Assembly (NCBI RefSeq): GCF_006345805.1
Contig: NC_043010.1
Location: 49,662,001 to 49,726,000 of the forward strand
DNA: 64,000 nt
Reading direction: 5' to 3'
Origin: Octopus sinensis
Taxonomy: Eukaryota
Shown: in pieces, positions 1 to 13,229 of the stretch
Position numbering within the stretch: position 1 is the first letter of the stretch
Layout: the number at the start of each line of letters is the position of its first letter
Translations under genes and position numbers: made by a program
Notes under the pieces: model-generated
What the model saw: only the letters and a program-made list of their open reading frames with translations
What the model was told of the DNA's origin: nothing
Databases searched by the model: none

Positions 1-49
1 CTTTTTAAATTAGTTTTTATTTGTTATTCTATTTTTTCCTATTGTGCAG

Positions 50-166
50 AATTTCAAACCCCTTATTGACAAAGTTGGCATAAGTAACAGCCGCCAGAAG
101 CCTGTTGAATTCTTTGTTGACAGAGAATTATTGGTTACAGATGAAAAAGAAATCATTAATTACAAG
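50..166 (+). CDS. KDM3: Internal coding exon of a KDM3/JMJD1C-family histone demethylase (N-terminal region); 39 codons, phase 0/0
   Basis: Pyrimidine tract + tgcag acceptor (47-49) and AAG|GTAAGC donor (167). Peptide NFKPLIDKVGISNSRQKPVEFFVDRELLVTDEKEIINYK resembles, from recall, human KDM3B [30 protein letters not shown]. Confidence 0.85.
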
Positions 167-499
167 GTAAGCTTATTAACTGAAATTATACATGTGTGTG
201 TGTGTGTGTGCATGTTGTATTATGTATTGATTATACTTTCCACAAGCGTGGTCCATGTCAAAAGTGATGGGGTTTATTTCTGTATCCTTTCAGTAATTCT
301 CAATCTTTCTACTTCAAGCCTTGTTCCTTTTTTTGTTCTTGTGTTTTGCTTTTGTCTTCCTACAGTTATTCTTAATCTTTTTATTTTGTGCTTTACTTCT
401 TGTGTTATTTTACTGTACTACTGCTACTACTACTACTACTACTACTACTACTCTCTAAATCACATTGAGCATTGACGTCTTGTGATAATCTTCATCTGC

Positions 500-1135
500 T
501 TTATTCAGATCGAAGTTGAGCAGTTTCTCTGTGACAGAGAACTTCCTTTGTCTGTTTGACTTGCAATTACTTTGGAAAGTTGGCTCTTTACTTCCTTGCT
601 TTCACAATCTCCCCCCCCCTTCACTCTCCTTCATTATTCTCGCTTATGTTATTTTCTCCTCTCCCTCTACATCTTGTTCCTTGTCTTTACTTTCAATCAA
701 AATCTGCCTCCACTGCATCTTGCTAAGTTGCCAATGCTTCCCTCCAGGATACACTTTGATATCCTGCCTGAATCTCTCTCTTTCTCTCTCTCTCTCTCAA
801 ACACACACATTCTATTGTTACCTCTCTATTGTAGAGCTCTTCTTTCCACCCTCCTCTCCTACTTCATTACTTACTAGTGCTGTCTCATTCTCTCTCACTC
901 TTTCTTTCATCACTCTTTATATTTCAATGTCTGCTTGCCTGACAACTTGTTTCACCAACATACTTGTCTGATAATTTTCTCTCTTTCTCACTCCACCCTA
1001 TCCCCAGCTGTCTGTCTGTCTCTCTCTTTCTCTGTCAATCTCCCATCTATCTATTTTTATCTAATCCAACTTTCTTTCTCTTCCACCTCTCTCAGCTCAG
1101 TCATTACTTTCCACATTTCTCTAGCATGGCAGGAA
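500..1135. repeat. CT-rich polypyrimidine low-complexity tract with (CT)n runs
   Basis: Direct composition; explains the spurious S/L/F-rich ORFs at 516-1251. Confidence 0.85.
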
Positions 1136-1989
1136 GACAGAACCCAATGAACCATAACAGTCACTTGGCTTGTTATACAGAAGATTATTGCAGTATTGAA
1201 TGCAATGTTTGCTGGTCCATTGATCTTTTGTGTAATATGTTGAATTTGTAAAACTCATATAACATTTCTCTTTGAGAACAAATTTTATAATTGAACTTAA
1301 CATTTGTTGATATAAAAATATCTAATTAACTGCATGCAAATAATTTAATATATGTCAGGAATTGAAATATTGTGTTTATACATGCATATGTGTGTCTAAT
1401 TTGTTTTAAACGGAAAAAGTTACTATTTTAATGAGATGAGTACAATGTTTATTTGAGTCTGAAGTATAGGCCAAACAAGCTATTTGGCATCAGTATGACA
1501 AAAACAGAAAGATTACTGAAAAATATTGAATTATTTGAAGATATAGTTTTTGTAGTTTTTAATTACAGCTTCTGTCTCGAAATTATTTTTCTCTCTCTCT
1601 CTCTCCTTCATATTTCTCTTATCGTCTGTTTAGTGTCTCTTTTCCATGTTGCTGTGGATTGCTTTGTGCTAGCATATGACATACGAGCAACCCCCCCCCC
1701 CCGTCCAATGGACAGTACTGAGTTGTCAAACATTTAAACCAAATTTTCTCAAGACAACTTGTCCGACCATCCCATAGGCCTCCCCTTTGAGAAACACTGA
1801 TAGACTTTTTTTCTATTCCAAAGAAAAATAATTTTATTCACACAAATATGCAACCGAAGAGTTTAAAGTACCAGTAATGATAAGGCTGTTGACTGGGAGA
1901 ACACAAACATGGTTTAAACAGTAAGCTTGGCAGGAAAGAAATGTGCCTTTAAGCAGTACAAAAACAACAAAAAATGGAAGGTGCAGTTA

Positions 1990-2160
1990 TGCAATCTCAC
2001 CTGGAATCGATTTTTGTAATTTTTTCAAGACTTATACATGCCCTGATACTATCGGTATCTACATATCAAATTTGAGCGCAATCAGATGGAGGATGCCCAA
2101 GATCCTAGAAGACACACACACACACAGGCAGACAGAACGGATTTTATATAAGAGATTACT
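1990..2160 (+). mobile_element. Possible DINE-1/HINE-like (Helentron-associated) non-autonomous element end
   Basis: Layout 'catatcaaatttgagcgcaatc...(AC)n...cagacagaacggattttatataagagat' resembles DINE-1/HINE 3' ends with an internal microsatellite. Recognised by pattern only. Confidence 0.4.
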
Positions 2161-2375
2161 GCTTATCAAAATCGTTCTCAGTTTGTCCATAAAGGAATAC
2201 CTTCTAATTGGAAGTACCCTTTACACACATAGGCTGTAGTAAATGCAACTCATCTAGGAGCTAGACATTTTGATCAAGCCCATTACAGTGTGGTGGCAGA
2301 AATTCCCCAAACATTTGTCCTTAACACTTTTGATATTATATGAGATTTTGCTACTGCCTTAGGAGAAAAAAATTA

Positions 2376-2570
2376 TTAGGTGAATGACTTAGAATAGTGT
2401 GTCATATTGTTAAATGTTTTGTTACTACTCTTGTGCCAAACTCGAGTACTTGATTTCTTTTTCATGGATATTTCCAACCAAAATGATTGAATAAGAATGC
2501 TGTGAAGAAAATTGTTTACAAATATGCCTGCTATTCGCCAAACAAATGAGTAGAATTTTGAACAAAGCAA
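2376..2570 (-). mobile_element. Possible degraded LINE RT fragment
   Basis: Peptide WLEIS...STRVWHKS loosely resembles the RT motif LDISKAFDRVWHK. Confidence 0.3.
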
Positions 2571-2935
2571 AGGTTATTTATAAAATTCTTTTTTCCTAAC
2601 AATCAGTCTGACAAGTCATAGAAATATCACCTGAACTTGAAATATTTTATCAAAACATTTAGACAATAAACCATTTAATCAAAATTGGAATGCTGTAGGT
2701 CAAGACTTAGTGAAAAAAAAACAGTCACTGAAGTATTTATTAGCTGACCATAGAAGAAGTTGAACTAAATGCTGCATATAATGATAAAAAAGTTTTTGTT
2801 TTAATGCAATAATTTCTAAAATATATTACATCTTAGAAGATGCATTTACCTTCTTCATTTTGACTTACTACTCTTGTTGCTACTGCTTCTACAACTATTA
2901 CTATTACCACCATTACCCTCTGCTGCTGCTACTAC

Positions 2936-3140
2936 TATGAGGGGATGCTGAAAAGTTCCTGGCTTTGGGTAAAAGAAAATACAAGAGGATCAGTTAATTA
3001 TGATTTTATTCAGATTCACACACTTATTGTAGTGGTCCTTCAGTTTTTCTAAGCTCTGTAAAAGAACTCGGAAGGTTGGGCCAGCAACCAAGCTTTTCAC
3101 AATACCCTTAAAGCCAGGTACTTTTCAGCACTGCCTCATA
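2936..3140. mobile_element. Mariner-type MITE (~200 bp)
   Basis: TA-flanked; TIRs tgaggggatgctgaaaagttcctggcttt / aaagccaggtacttttcagcactgcctca. Second copy at 51319-51539. Confidence 0.85.
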
Positions 3141-3267
3141 CTACTACTACTACTACAAGATTTAACTATTCCAACCATTACTCTTCCTAGAATCCACCAA
3201 CTAAATACTAAATACCTCACTTTATGAGGACCAACTTTGCGAGACCCTGGGTTTTATTTTATATTAA

Positions 3268-3520
3268 AGTTTTCAAGCACAAGAACCTAATTTTGAACAA
3301 AGTGCAAAAGTTTCTGCAACCATAACAAATGCTTCTGCATGTTACCAAGAAATTTATAGAGAGCAAAAAAAAAAAGGTTCTCTTAAGCAAACAGTTCTAG
3401 ACTTGTTTTTTAAAAAGAAATCTACAAGTCCATCTACGAGTACTTGTGAATCAGGAATTGCGTCTACAAGTGATGATGTGCGTGAGTCTAGTGCGAGTGA
3501 AAGTGATTCAGAAAATGATA
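3268..3520 (+). mobile_element. Tigger/pogo transposase C-terminal relic
   Basis: Open frame FQAQEPNFEQSAKVSATITNASACYQEIYREQKKKGSLKQTVLDLFFKKK matches the Tigger C-terminal pattern (DPN.ER..KV....A..CY..IY.EKKK....T.LD.FF), followed by an S/D/E-rich tail. Confidence 0.7.
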
Positions 3521-3521
3521 A

Positions 3522-3552
<31 letters not shown>

Positions 3553-3849
3553 TTTATTATAAATGATCTTGACATTCTTTTTACTTTACATAAAATATTC
3601 TTTACATTCTACTGTTTTATTGCCATTTATTTATGAGTATTGTAAATTTTATTGGTAAAATATTTTCCTGGAAATGAATTATGATTTATAACATTGCTAC
3701 TATGGGAAATTATCTCAGCTTTGAGCTTTTGCTTTATGAGTGGTTTCCGGGAACAAATTAACTCCTATATTGAGGCATAGCTGTATTTATGTATTGGTTT
3801 CTCATACATTGGCCAATTAATCAAAAGAAACTAGATTTTAGTGTTAGAG

Positions 3850-6250
3850 ATGGGGTTTTAGTGACAGCTGTTATTGGAAGGAAGCATTGAACATCATGTT
3901 AAAGGTAAAACTTTTGTGCATAATACAAAGTAAGAATGACAGGAGGTGGGAGGGAAGAATCAGGTAAGCTGATAATGGTAGCAAAAACATGCATGTAAGC
4001 AAGTGGTTGCACTGTGTTGTGAAATGCAGTCTAGGATGCTGGTGTGTGAAGAACAACAATACCATCTCTTGTAGATATGTAGTACTGTAATTTGGGTTGT
4101 AATCAAGTTTTGGAGAGACATCCTGAAGAGGATATCTAATATTAGAAATAGTTTTGTCATTGTCAGCTGGAAAGGTCATCATTGGCATACCATTTTTGTA
4201 ACTTTAAGGGATTTATCCTTGTGTTGTTCCTATACAAGTTGTGGTGTTGTGCAAATTGTCTTAATTGCATGGAAGAAAACTAGATTGTCATGTCCTTAGT
4301 GAATTAAGTTTCAAAGGTGTCTGTTTATAGAATCAAGCAAATCTAGCATAAAATGTGTTTGTTGTATCTGAATAGAACTTATGTGCAGAAGAAAGAGTAA
4401 AGAGGTGTTGATTTGCATAGTTGTGCATGCTTATGAGTAAGCCTTTTCTACACATGCTGGTCAGATAGAAAACTTCAGATTTAAAAGATGAGAGCTAGAT
4501 AGTGTCCATAAGCAAACAGCTTTGCTAGGAGGCTCTCATGCAATACATGCCAAAAGGCTTTGCAACAATTGTTGTTTGAACCAGTTTACAAGATGTAAGA
4601 CTGTTGGTGCTTGGTGAAGCAGAGCAGATAAGATTTCCAGTAGATCTGGCTCTATTGAAATCATATTGGCGGTTAATGAGAAGGACAAAAAAAAAAACTG
4701 ACTGCAGAAAAGTTAGTGGTTGTTTGTAATTAACCCTTTCATCTTTAATATTTTTGAAAGTGAGAGCAATAAGTTGGTAGTTGGCAGAGAGCTCCTGCCT
4801 TAATGCAGGAGGGTTAGAGATGTTGGATTACTTGAGTGGAATGTACAGTTATATGGTGGCGGTGCATAAGCCTAGATAACCCATGATTGAGCAGATTTAT
4901 GATTAGTGATTAAAAGCATTTCAACCATGACTGTCCTGTCATTTTATATGTCAAGGAAGGACAAAATTGATGTCTTACTAAGACAACATATAGTGATGTG
5001 AGCTGACATATAATTGCTACTTTCTGCAGATTGAGTTATTCCATGGAGAGAAATAAGTTTAGTTTGGTGAAGACAGAAGTTAGCTCCAGAATATATTGTT
5101 TTAGTGTAATGGGAGGAAGATCATCAAGTTTGGTTAAAATGATTGAAGAAAATTTTGAACTCGGTAACTGAGACCGAAAAGATGAGTTCTGAAGGGCATT
5201 TGTGTATGTATGCGAAAGTGCATGTAGTAAGAAGCCAAAATGAGCACCATATGTTTTATCTGCGAGTATACTACTGGGTGGGAAACAGCGGGTAGGATAA
5301 TTACAAAAAAAAAGTTATTAGAAATCCTTCCGGCAAGTTACCAGAAAGCCCAACTGCAGTTTGAGAGACAAGAGAACTTGTCAGATGTGCTATGCATGAA
5401 ATCATCTTTTGTTTTCTAGCTATTCATTTTGAAGACGGTGTGTTGGTGGGTGAAATCCTCCCAGTTGGTAACACTTAGTGACTTCCTTCAATTGTTTTAA
5501 GCAGTTTCTTTTCTTTCTTTTTTTTCTTTTGTTTGTTACACCTAAAGTACAACTGTCGGTAAACCGTTTATGAATTTTGTTATGTCTTGTAGGGATATGC
5601 AAAGAAAGGTGGTATTGGTTACTGACTGAATTTTCTTGGGTGGATTAGAGATAAAGAACATTTGTTGTCAGTAGTATTCAGCTTAACCAGTTAGCTGTCC
5701 AGCTACTAGAGAGTTGATTGCGAGCAGCTGGTGCTGTTGTGTGGTAAGGTTATATTAAATAAGTTGCTTTGATTATGTGATGATCAAATAACAAAGCAAT
5801 GATTGAGAATGAAATCAAAAGATAGGTAAGGAGTTCAAGTGGTGCTTATTGAGCTCAGTATGATAAATGCTTGGCCTCTGTACCAAAGGTGTTGGTATTG
5901 GAACAACGTGAGAGTCAAGTGATCTTGTGTGCATTTAAGTCTCCAAAGATTATGTCTTTGGCAGCAGAAGTAGTTATCTTCAATTCATGATGAAAAGTTT
6001 TTGAACACTTACTGGTAAATTAGAAGAATTTGGTAAAGATTAGAGACAGCAGATGAATTTAGACTTTTAGAAGTGTGCTGAAAAGAGACCTTACTGATAG
6101 TCTTTGTAACTAAAGTCCAGGCAATAGATATTGGTTATGGGGAAAGTTGATTTTATGTACACACAGATACCACATTTAGGAATAAATTTAGAATATAGTG
6201 CAACTCGGAGAAGACATAAATTCTGAGGAATAGAGAAATAGTAGGAATGA
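3850..6250 (-). mobile_element. Degraded CR1/L2-group LINE ORF2 (endonuclease, tether, RT), antisense
   Basis: Minus-strand fragments QYDFNRARSTG, HESLLAKLFAYG...SFLSD, NLVFFHAIKT and NALPS occur in the expected order, with many stops and frameshifts. Confidence 0.75.
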
Positions 6251-7031
6251 AGTTTTTGTCAGGAGATAATGCATTTTTTTTTGTTCTTGATTTCTATTAG
6301 GAATTTATACAATTTTGCAGACCTGTTCACCACCATTTCCTATAACATAATCATAGAAATAACAGCATGCGTTTTCATATCATTATATTTGTATTAAAAG
6401 CTTTTACTGCAAGGAGTATGCGGTGTCATAAAAGTATATCTTTCTAGTAAATATACTGTCCTTACACTTTTTTATAGTACTTTCCATTTCCCTCAACTGC
6501 TATGTGTTGCTCCTTTGCAATGGAAATTTTCCATATGAAAATGAAGTTATGGAAGTTCCTCATGTTCCTGCTAGTAATGCTTGTGTTACAATTTACAGTA
6601 AAGATGGCTGTAAAATAATCATGATACAGGCAATATTAAATTTATTTTCTTTCGAAACTTTTAAAAATATTTCTTAATACTTTTCTCAGATTATTTCTAT
6701 ATCCTTATATGTTTATTTTTTTTTTTTGTGTGTGGTGTATTTATTAAGTGCCTTAAACTTTGGGGTTATCAGATAAATTCGTTTGATTTTTCTTCTTGGC
6801 ACGCCATCATCATATATCTGAAAAGAAGCGAGATTTATTCAAATTTCAAAAGCAGTTATCTAAAGTTGTAGAGGAAGAATAGAACAATAAAAAAATAAAA
6901 TGTAAAACACTATGATGAAAATGTTTTTCATGTTAATTTGAATAGCATTGGAAAGGATTAGAATAAGAGGTGGGGATGAATTTATCTGATGACATAATAA
7001 ACGAAAATTCAAATTAATATTTGAATTTGAC

Positions 7032-7490
7032 AAGATGGTAAACTGGAAGAATCATTAGCACACCGGGCAAAATACTTAGTGACATTTCATCTGGCTATGT
7101 ATTCTGAGTTCAAATGCTGCCAAGGTCAACTTTACCTGTCATCCTTTGAGGGGTCGATAAAGTAAGTATCAGTTGATCACTGGGGTTTATGTAATCGATT
7201 TAATACCTCTCCTGAACTTGCTGGCTTTATGCCAAAATTCGAAACCGATATTTGTATGTGACCTTTAATTATTAATTTTAAATTTTGGCATAAGGCCAGC
7301 AATTTCAGAGAAGGGTGGGGCCAGTCGATTACATCAACCCCAGTGTTCAACTGGTACTTATTTTATCAACCTCGAAAGGATGAAGGGCAAATTTAACCTT
7401 GGCAACATTTGAACTCAGAATGTAAAGCTGAAAGAAATGCTGCTATGCATTTTTTTGTTTCAGTAACAATTCTGCCAGCTCGTTGCCTTA
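7032..7490. mobile_element. Two family-B tRNA-derived SINEs tail-to-tail (+ 7032-7238, - 7275-7490)
   Basis: Shared core ttctgagttcaaat...tcatcctt...gtcgataa on opposite strands. Confidence 0.8.
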
Positions 7491-9115
7491 ATTTTACCCA
7501 TAATTATTAATAGCTTCTATTTCTGTTTTAATACATATCACAACAAAAATTCAGTTTAACAAAATTTTGATTTTGTGCATGTGTAATGGAGAAGCAGCCA
7601 TTTGTTGAGAGGCATGATAGGTGGAAAGGAACAGCTACCTTAATAATAAAAAGAAAATTCCCAACACTTCACTAGCTAAATTTATCTGGAATCACAAAGA
7701 GAAAAATATTGATTACTCAATTTTGTGGTCAGTTATACACACCACACTTGCATGGGTAGTGGTTATTCATGTCCTATGGAAGTACTAGAAATTCTCAGGT
7801 GTAATCTGGTCTAATTAATGAGCGTAATGAATTATTGATCCATTGCTTCTGCCAATTCAATAAAACATTCTTAATTTCGTTTAGCTAACTTACTTGATTT
7901 AAATAGAATTAAAGATAGTATTCTTATTCTTTGTGTTACTCCAGCTTTATCACAAGTGATTCTGAATAAAATGTCCTCTACATCTTAATATTTCCTACTT
8001 AAATTATTTATGTAACTATTCATATATTTCTTATCTAATGAATTTATTTAATTTCAACTGTAAATGATCTAATATTATCTAGCCCTAATTCTCATGACGG
8101 TCTTGTTTTATTAGATATAGTCTGTATCTTTATTCTAGTTACTTTGTCTTTCTCTCTTCAAGTCTTTTCTTGATATTCTCATTATATTTCTCTTTCTCAT
8201 ATTAATGGCACTTCTAAGAATATAGTAATGTACTGTCACCTCTTTGAACATTTCCATTTTATATATGATAACATATTCATACAATAAATATTTTAGTTCC
8301 CTGAACCTGTTAATGTTAGTTGCCCTGATGGTTTACAATAGATCTAATGCAAATGAAAAATAAGTCTTCATAACCCATCTGCTTTGGTGTCTCTCTGATA
8401 GTGTGACAACTTGCTGTTTAATTTACTGCTCTGATCTTCAAAACTCCTCCCTTTTCCGTTATGTTTAAGTAACCAAATTAATTTATGTACACTTTATGTT
8501 TGGTCTGAAGAGGACGATTGGTGGAACTTTTCACTGTGTGGATTTATGTAAACTCTTTTATTTATATAACCCAGCATGTTAATTGAAGTAATGATTCCAC
8601 AAATTACAGAATGATTGTCACTAATTAATAAATGTAATATCTTCATCTTCATACCTTTGCTTGTGTATGTTTATACTCTGTGGTGGATGTATCAATCTCA
8701 TAATTGATACATTTTCCTGGATTTTCAGTTGTGTAGTAGGCTTTTCAATACTTTTTATTAACAGACTACTGGTTGTAATCTTTGTTCCTATCCATTCTGT
8801 TAACCTAGATTTCCTGAATCCCTATCCTCTTACTATATATATGTATGTATATATCTATATATCTATATATATCTATATATATATAACTTATAAAATAAGG
8901 GCAAAAGAAAAATTCTAATGCCAAATATGCCAAAAATAGACAAAATTGTCAATAACCATTATAATTTATGCATCTCGAAACAAGCTGAAAGAAATTTCTA
9001 AAAAATTCCGTTATTACCGTATTGGTCCCAATTTCAGAGTTAATTCATAAGAATTTTCCCCTCCTCAGCGATAAATACGTAAGACATAAATGAAATACTT
9101 ACTCATACTCAATGG

Positions 9116-9308
9116 AAAAAGCAAGCACTAAGTCCTGAAAAATTTTATCCTATATTAGATGTAAATTTAATAGTGTTCACTTCCGGACTCTCTCACTCTG
9201 TGAAAGTTTCTAGTTCGAATCACACATGTCTCGAGATATGCTGAAGATTTTCTATTTTGGATATATTTGGGGTACTTAGGTCTGCTCAGGACTTAGTGCT
9301 TGCTTTTT
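9116..9308. mobile_element. MITE-like element with perfect 23-bp TIRs
   Basis: aaaaagcaagcactaagtcctga (9116-9138) is the exact reverse complement of tcaggacttagtgcttgcttttt (9286-9308). Confidence 0.7.
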
Positions 9309-10259
9309 AAAAATTACTTCAATGATCCATGTGATCCCTCTTATTTCTAGCATACTAAACAGCTACATAGGAGGTTTGATCACCTTTAAGATTGTTTACA
9401 AAAGAGAAATTAAGATTGTGATAAAATAATGAAAGAAATATGTATTCAGTAATTAGTGCTAGCATTGTACTCCCCTTTCTACAAAGATTCTTAAAAGAAT
9501 TTTCAGGAAAGAATGAAATGAACTTCAAGTCATTTTCTTTTCTACACAATTGTAATGAAATTATCGAAATGTATGAGGAAAACAAAGTTAAGTTGCATGA
9601 AATATTCTCTCCCCATTTTTTTCTTTTTTTTTCCACATTAAATTCCCCTTTAACCACCCATTTTCCTGAAAGTTATGAGGAGGCAAAATTGACCAATGGA
9701 AAGGTACACTTCTGTAATTATGTCCAACTGAAGGAAATTACAGCTGGTTTTCTTATTCAGCTTTCTACATCTTCAGGAACACCCAACAAATATGAAGGGA
9801 AACTGGAAACAACATAATTTGGTTGATACTAGATTAAACTCCCAATTTGTAGAAAGCAGCATCACAAATGTTTTTTTTTTTATTAGAAGCACAAACAGAC
9901 ATTAATTTATTCTACAGTAAAGTGGAATGTCAAATTGAATATCATTTGTAATTGAAATGTGACTTTAAATATTTAATGATAAAAGAAGCTTCATAACTAC
10001 AGTTTGATAAAAATATATTAAAACTGGAATTCATAAAAAGTTTCCAGACAGCCTAGTCTTTGATATGCTTTCTTTTAGCAAAAGTTACGTAATTCCTACT
10101 AATTGATAAGTAACTTTCTTCTTATCACACAGATATATGCGTATGTCTATGTATAGGTATGTTTGCGGTCACTGTCACAAACTTACCCAGCCACCTTACG
10201 TATGCGAATATATACAAATATAGACACTTACACACACGTGCGCGCGCACACACACACAA

Positions 10260-11389
10260 TACATAGGGATATAATTGTACACACATTTATGTGGTGGAGG
10301 TGGACTTTTATTGTTTGACAATGAAAATTCAGTTGTATGATAAACCAAATTACATTCTCCAGCTGAGCTTTCCATTGGCATATAATTCTCATACTGAATA
10401 ACCTTGACACAGTACATGACAAGATTGCACCATTTGAATGCTATTTTCAATCCACTCAACATTTTTTTGGAAAGAGTTGGATGAGTCTAATAGTAATTAC
10501 GAAGGTATATCAGCTTGGAAAACACACTCTGATCGTTCTGATAGAAGAACCCCTGAATTTGTTGGTGAGATCCCTGCCATGATTAACAACGATCCCTCCA
10601 AGTTAATCAGGTCCATCACCAGGGACATGGGAGTGTCTGAGTTTCTTATCAGGCAGGTAGTGCATGAAGACATTCGGTATTCCTCATACAAGATAAGAAT
10701 GGGCCAATTTTTATCCCAAGCCATCAAGGATAAGAGGAAAGACTGTGCTACAAAGCTTTTGAACTAACTCAAGCATCCCCTCCAACTGAACATACTTTGG
10801 TTTTTCTCAACTGTTGGCTTGCTGTGGTGTTTTGAGTGATCACTAGTGATGGTGATGTTATGCCTCCATTCATCTTCCCATACGGTCTCAGACTCAACAC
10901 GGAGGCCTACATCAAGTGCCTGGAGGAATTAGTACAGCACTGAGTCAAGAGAGTGGTACTAGAAGACCCTATGTCTGGCAACAGGACTCTGCACCATGCC
11001 ACACAAGCAGGAGAGCCCAGTCATGGCTGTCAGACAATTTCTGCAACCACATCACCCCTAACATCTGGCCACCTAACTCACCAGACTGTAAGCCCCTTGA
11101 TTGTTATGTGTGGTGTGCAGTTGAGCAAGAGATCAACAAAACTCCTTGTAACACCAAAGATCAACTGAAGGCAAGGATTAAACAAAAGACTGTTGAGAAG
11201 AGTTGCAGGAGATTCCAAAGTTGTATGGCGGCCGTGGTTGAAGCTAATGTCGATTTTATTGAATAAATTTACTCTTTAGTATTTCAAGGTATTTTAATGT
11301 AATTTTAGTAAATATATCTGCTGAAATGAAACGTCAGTGTTATTTTCATGTTTGCGTAATTTAAACGACAATTTATTCACCGCACCCTG

Positions 11390-11391
<2 letters not shown>
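10260..11391 (+). mobile_element. Tc1/mariner DD37D (maT-like) transposon, decayed and internally deleted
   Basis: Frames give RTPEFVGEIPAMINNDPSKLIRSITRDMGVS (HTH region), VITSDGDVMPPFIFP and QQDSAPCH...WPPNSPDCKPLD, with 37 residues between the last two Asp. Right end is ...gcaccctg-TA; left end uncertain. Confidence 0.85.
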
Positions 11392-11432
<41 letters not shown>

Positions 11433-11433
<1 letters not shown>

Positions 11434-11807
11434 ATCATCATCCTTTAACATCCATTTTACAAGCTGATATAGGATGGATGGTTTAACCAGAGCTAGCAAG
11501 CAGGTGGGCTGCACCAGGTTCCACTCTGATTTGGCTTGGTTTCTATGGCTGGATACTGTTCCTGAAACCAACCACTTTATGTTGTATGCTGGGTGCTTTC
11601 AATATGGTGCTGGCTTGAGTACTTTTTACATGGCACCAGCACAGGGCTCTTGCAGGTTAATCCTGTTTATCAGCAAGAGTAGCATTAACACTTCTGCTGT
11701 GGAGGACGGGCCTCCTTGAGTACAGCAAGGTGCCAGATATCTCGGTTCTTTGTCATCACCTCCACAAGGTTCAATGTCCTGAGGTCGTCCTTCAGTATTT
11801 CATCCCA
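11433..11807 (-). mobile_element. RTE-clade LINE 3' end with (GAT)n tail (family C)
   Basis: Minus strand encodes WDEILKDDLRTLNLVEVMTKNRDIWHLAVLKEARPPQQKC* (RTE-like C-terminus), followed by a 3' UTR and a short GAT tail. Confidence 0.75.
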
Positions 11808-12239
11808 TCTATCAATCCATCCATGTCTGTTAATCTCTCGCTGTCCATCTATCCATCTATCTATGTCACTTGTTTTAAGCCCTGTCAGTCAGTAGCTTGT
11901 CTTAAAAGTCATTGGAGGGGCTCACCAATGGAGGGATTCTGCTGTGTGATGCAGGTATGATGGGTGTGTTGATGGGATGGCTATCAGTTGACCAGATGAA
12001 GCAATCATCATGTGTGTGTGTGTGTATATATAGATATATATATATGTGTGTGTATCATTCATCCTATATTTTGTTTGTCATTTGACTGCAGTCAAGCTGG
12101 TGCACCACCTTGAATTTTAGTTGAACAAATCAACCCCAGTACTTTTTCTTTGAAACCCTGGTACTTATTTTGTTAATATATATATAAAGTAAAAAAAATG
12201 GATAAATACAGTTAAGCATTGCATACATTTCCAGGATAG

Positions 12240-12244
12240 AAATA

Positions 12245-12312
<68 letters not shown>

Positions 12313-13032
12313 AACACACACGTGTGTGAGTGTATGCTCTGTGTGTGTTATTAGCTGACACCCTACATGAAATTGATAAATCTACCAAAGCTGTTTATAG
12401 ACTGTTTCCTTGTTTAGCACAATGGCACACATACCAGTTGTGGCAGCTTAATGCATTATAATGCATATATACATATATACATGAATATGAATGTATGTGT
12501 ATGCATATGTATATGATGTAGTTATATGTACATGTATGTATGGGTATATTATATGGAGTTATGTTTCTTTATTAGCCACACAGGGCTGATATATATGTAG
12601 TTATATGTACATGTCTGTATGTGTTTATATACATGTGTGTACATATATATTGTATACATATCATCATGCATATGTGTGTGTATGTGCATGTATATAAATA
12701 TTATATACATATCCATGTGTCTAGATTTATAAATATATGTATGAATATATGTATGATGAGATATATATATACATATATGTATGCTTATTTGTGTATGTAA
12801 TATACACACACACATGTATTGATGTCTATATGTTTATCTGAATATATGTGTATCATATACAAGCATATGTGTGATTGATATATATGTGTGTGTATATATA
12901 TATACATACATACATACACACTTGTATGTACTAGTACATATGCTTATCTATGTAAATGCATATATATATATATATATATATATTTCTATGTAATTGTACA
13001 TATGCTTATATGTAAATGCGCGCGCGCGTGTA

Positions 13033-13099
<67 letters not shown>

Positions 13100-13180
13100 A
13101 GAGATAGATAGAGATTGATAGATAGATAAATATACACACACACACAAACATACATATATATACGTATGTATGTATGTCAA
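12240..13180. repeat. Compound (TA)n/(TG)n/(CT)n microsatellite block
   Basis: Direct sequence; source of the IYIY/HTHT pseudo-ORFs. Confidence 0.95.
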
Positions 13181-13229
13181 GCCTGAATATGTTTTGAACG
13201 TTTTGCAAATATCGCAAACTGTTTGATAA

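Noticed and set aside
167-475. C-terminal part of the 143-aa ORF at 44-475
   Set aside because: Only 50-166 is exon; the rest is intron read-through over (TG)n and (CTA)n repeats.
6985-7010. CTGATGA...GAAA hammerhead-like cores (also near 29837-, 41209+, 59687- and 62369-)
   Set aside because: None has a valid stem II closing pair plus GAAA and stems I/III.
9440-9817. 125-aa ORF
   Set aside because: No recognisable domain or splice context; AT-rich and probably repeat-derived.
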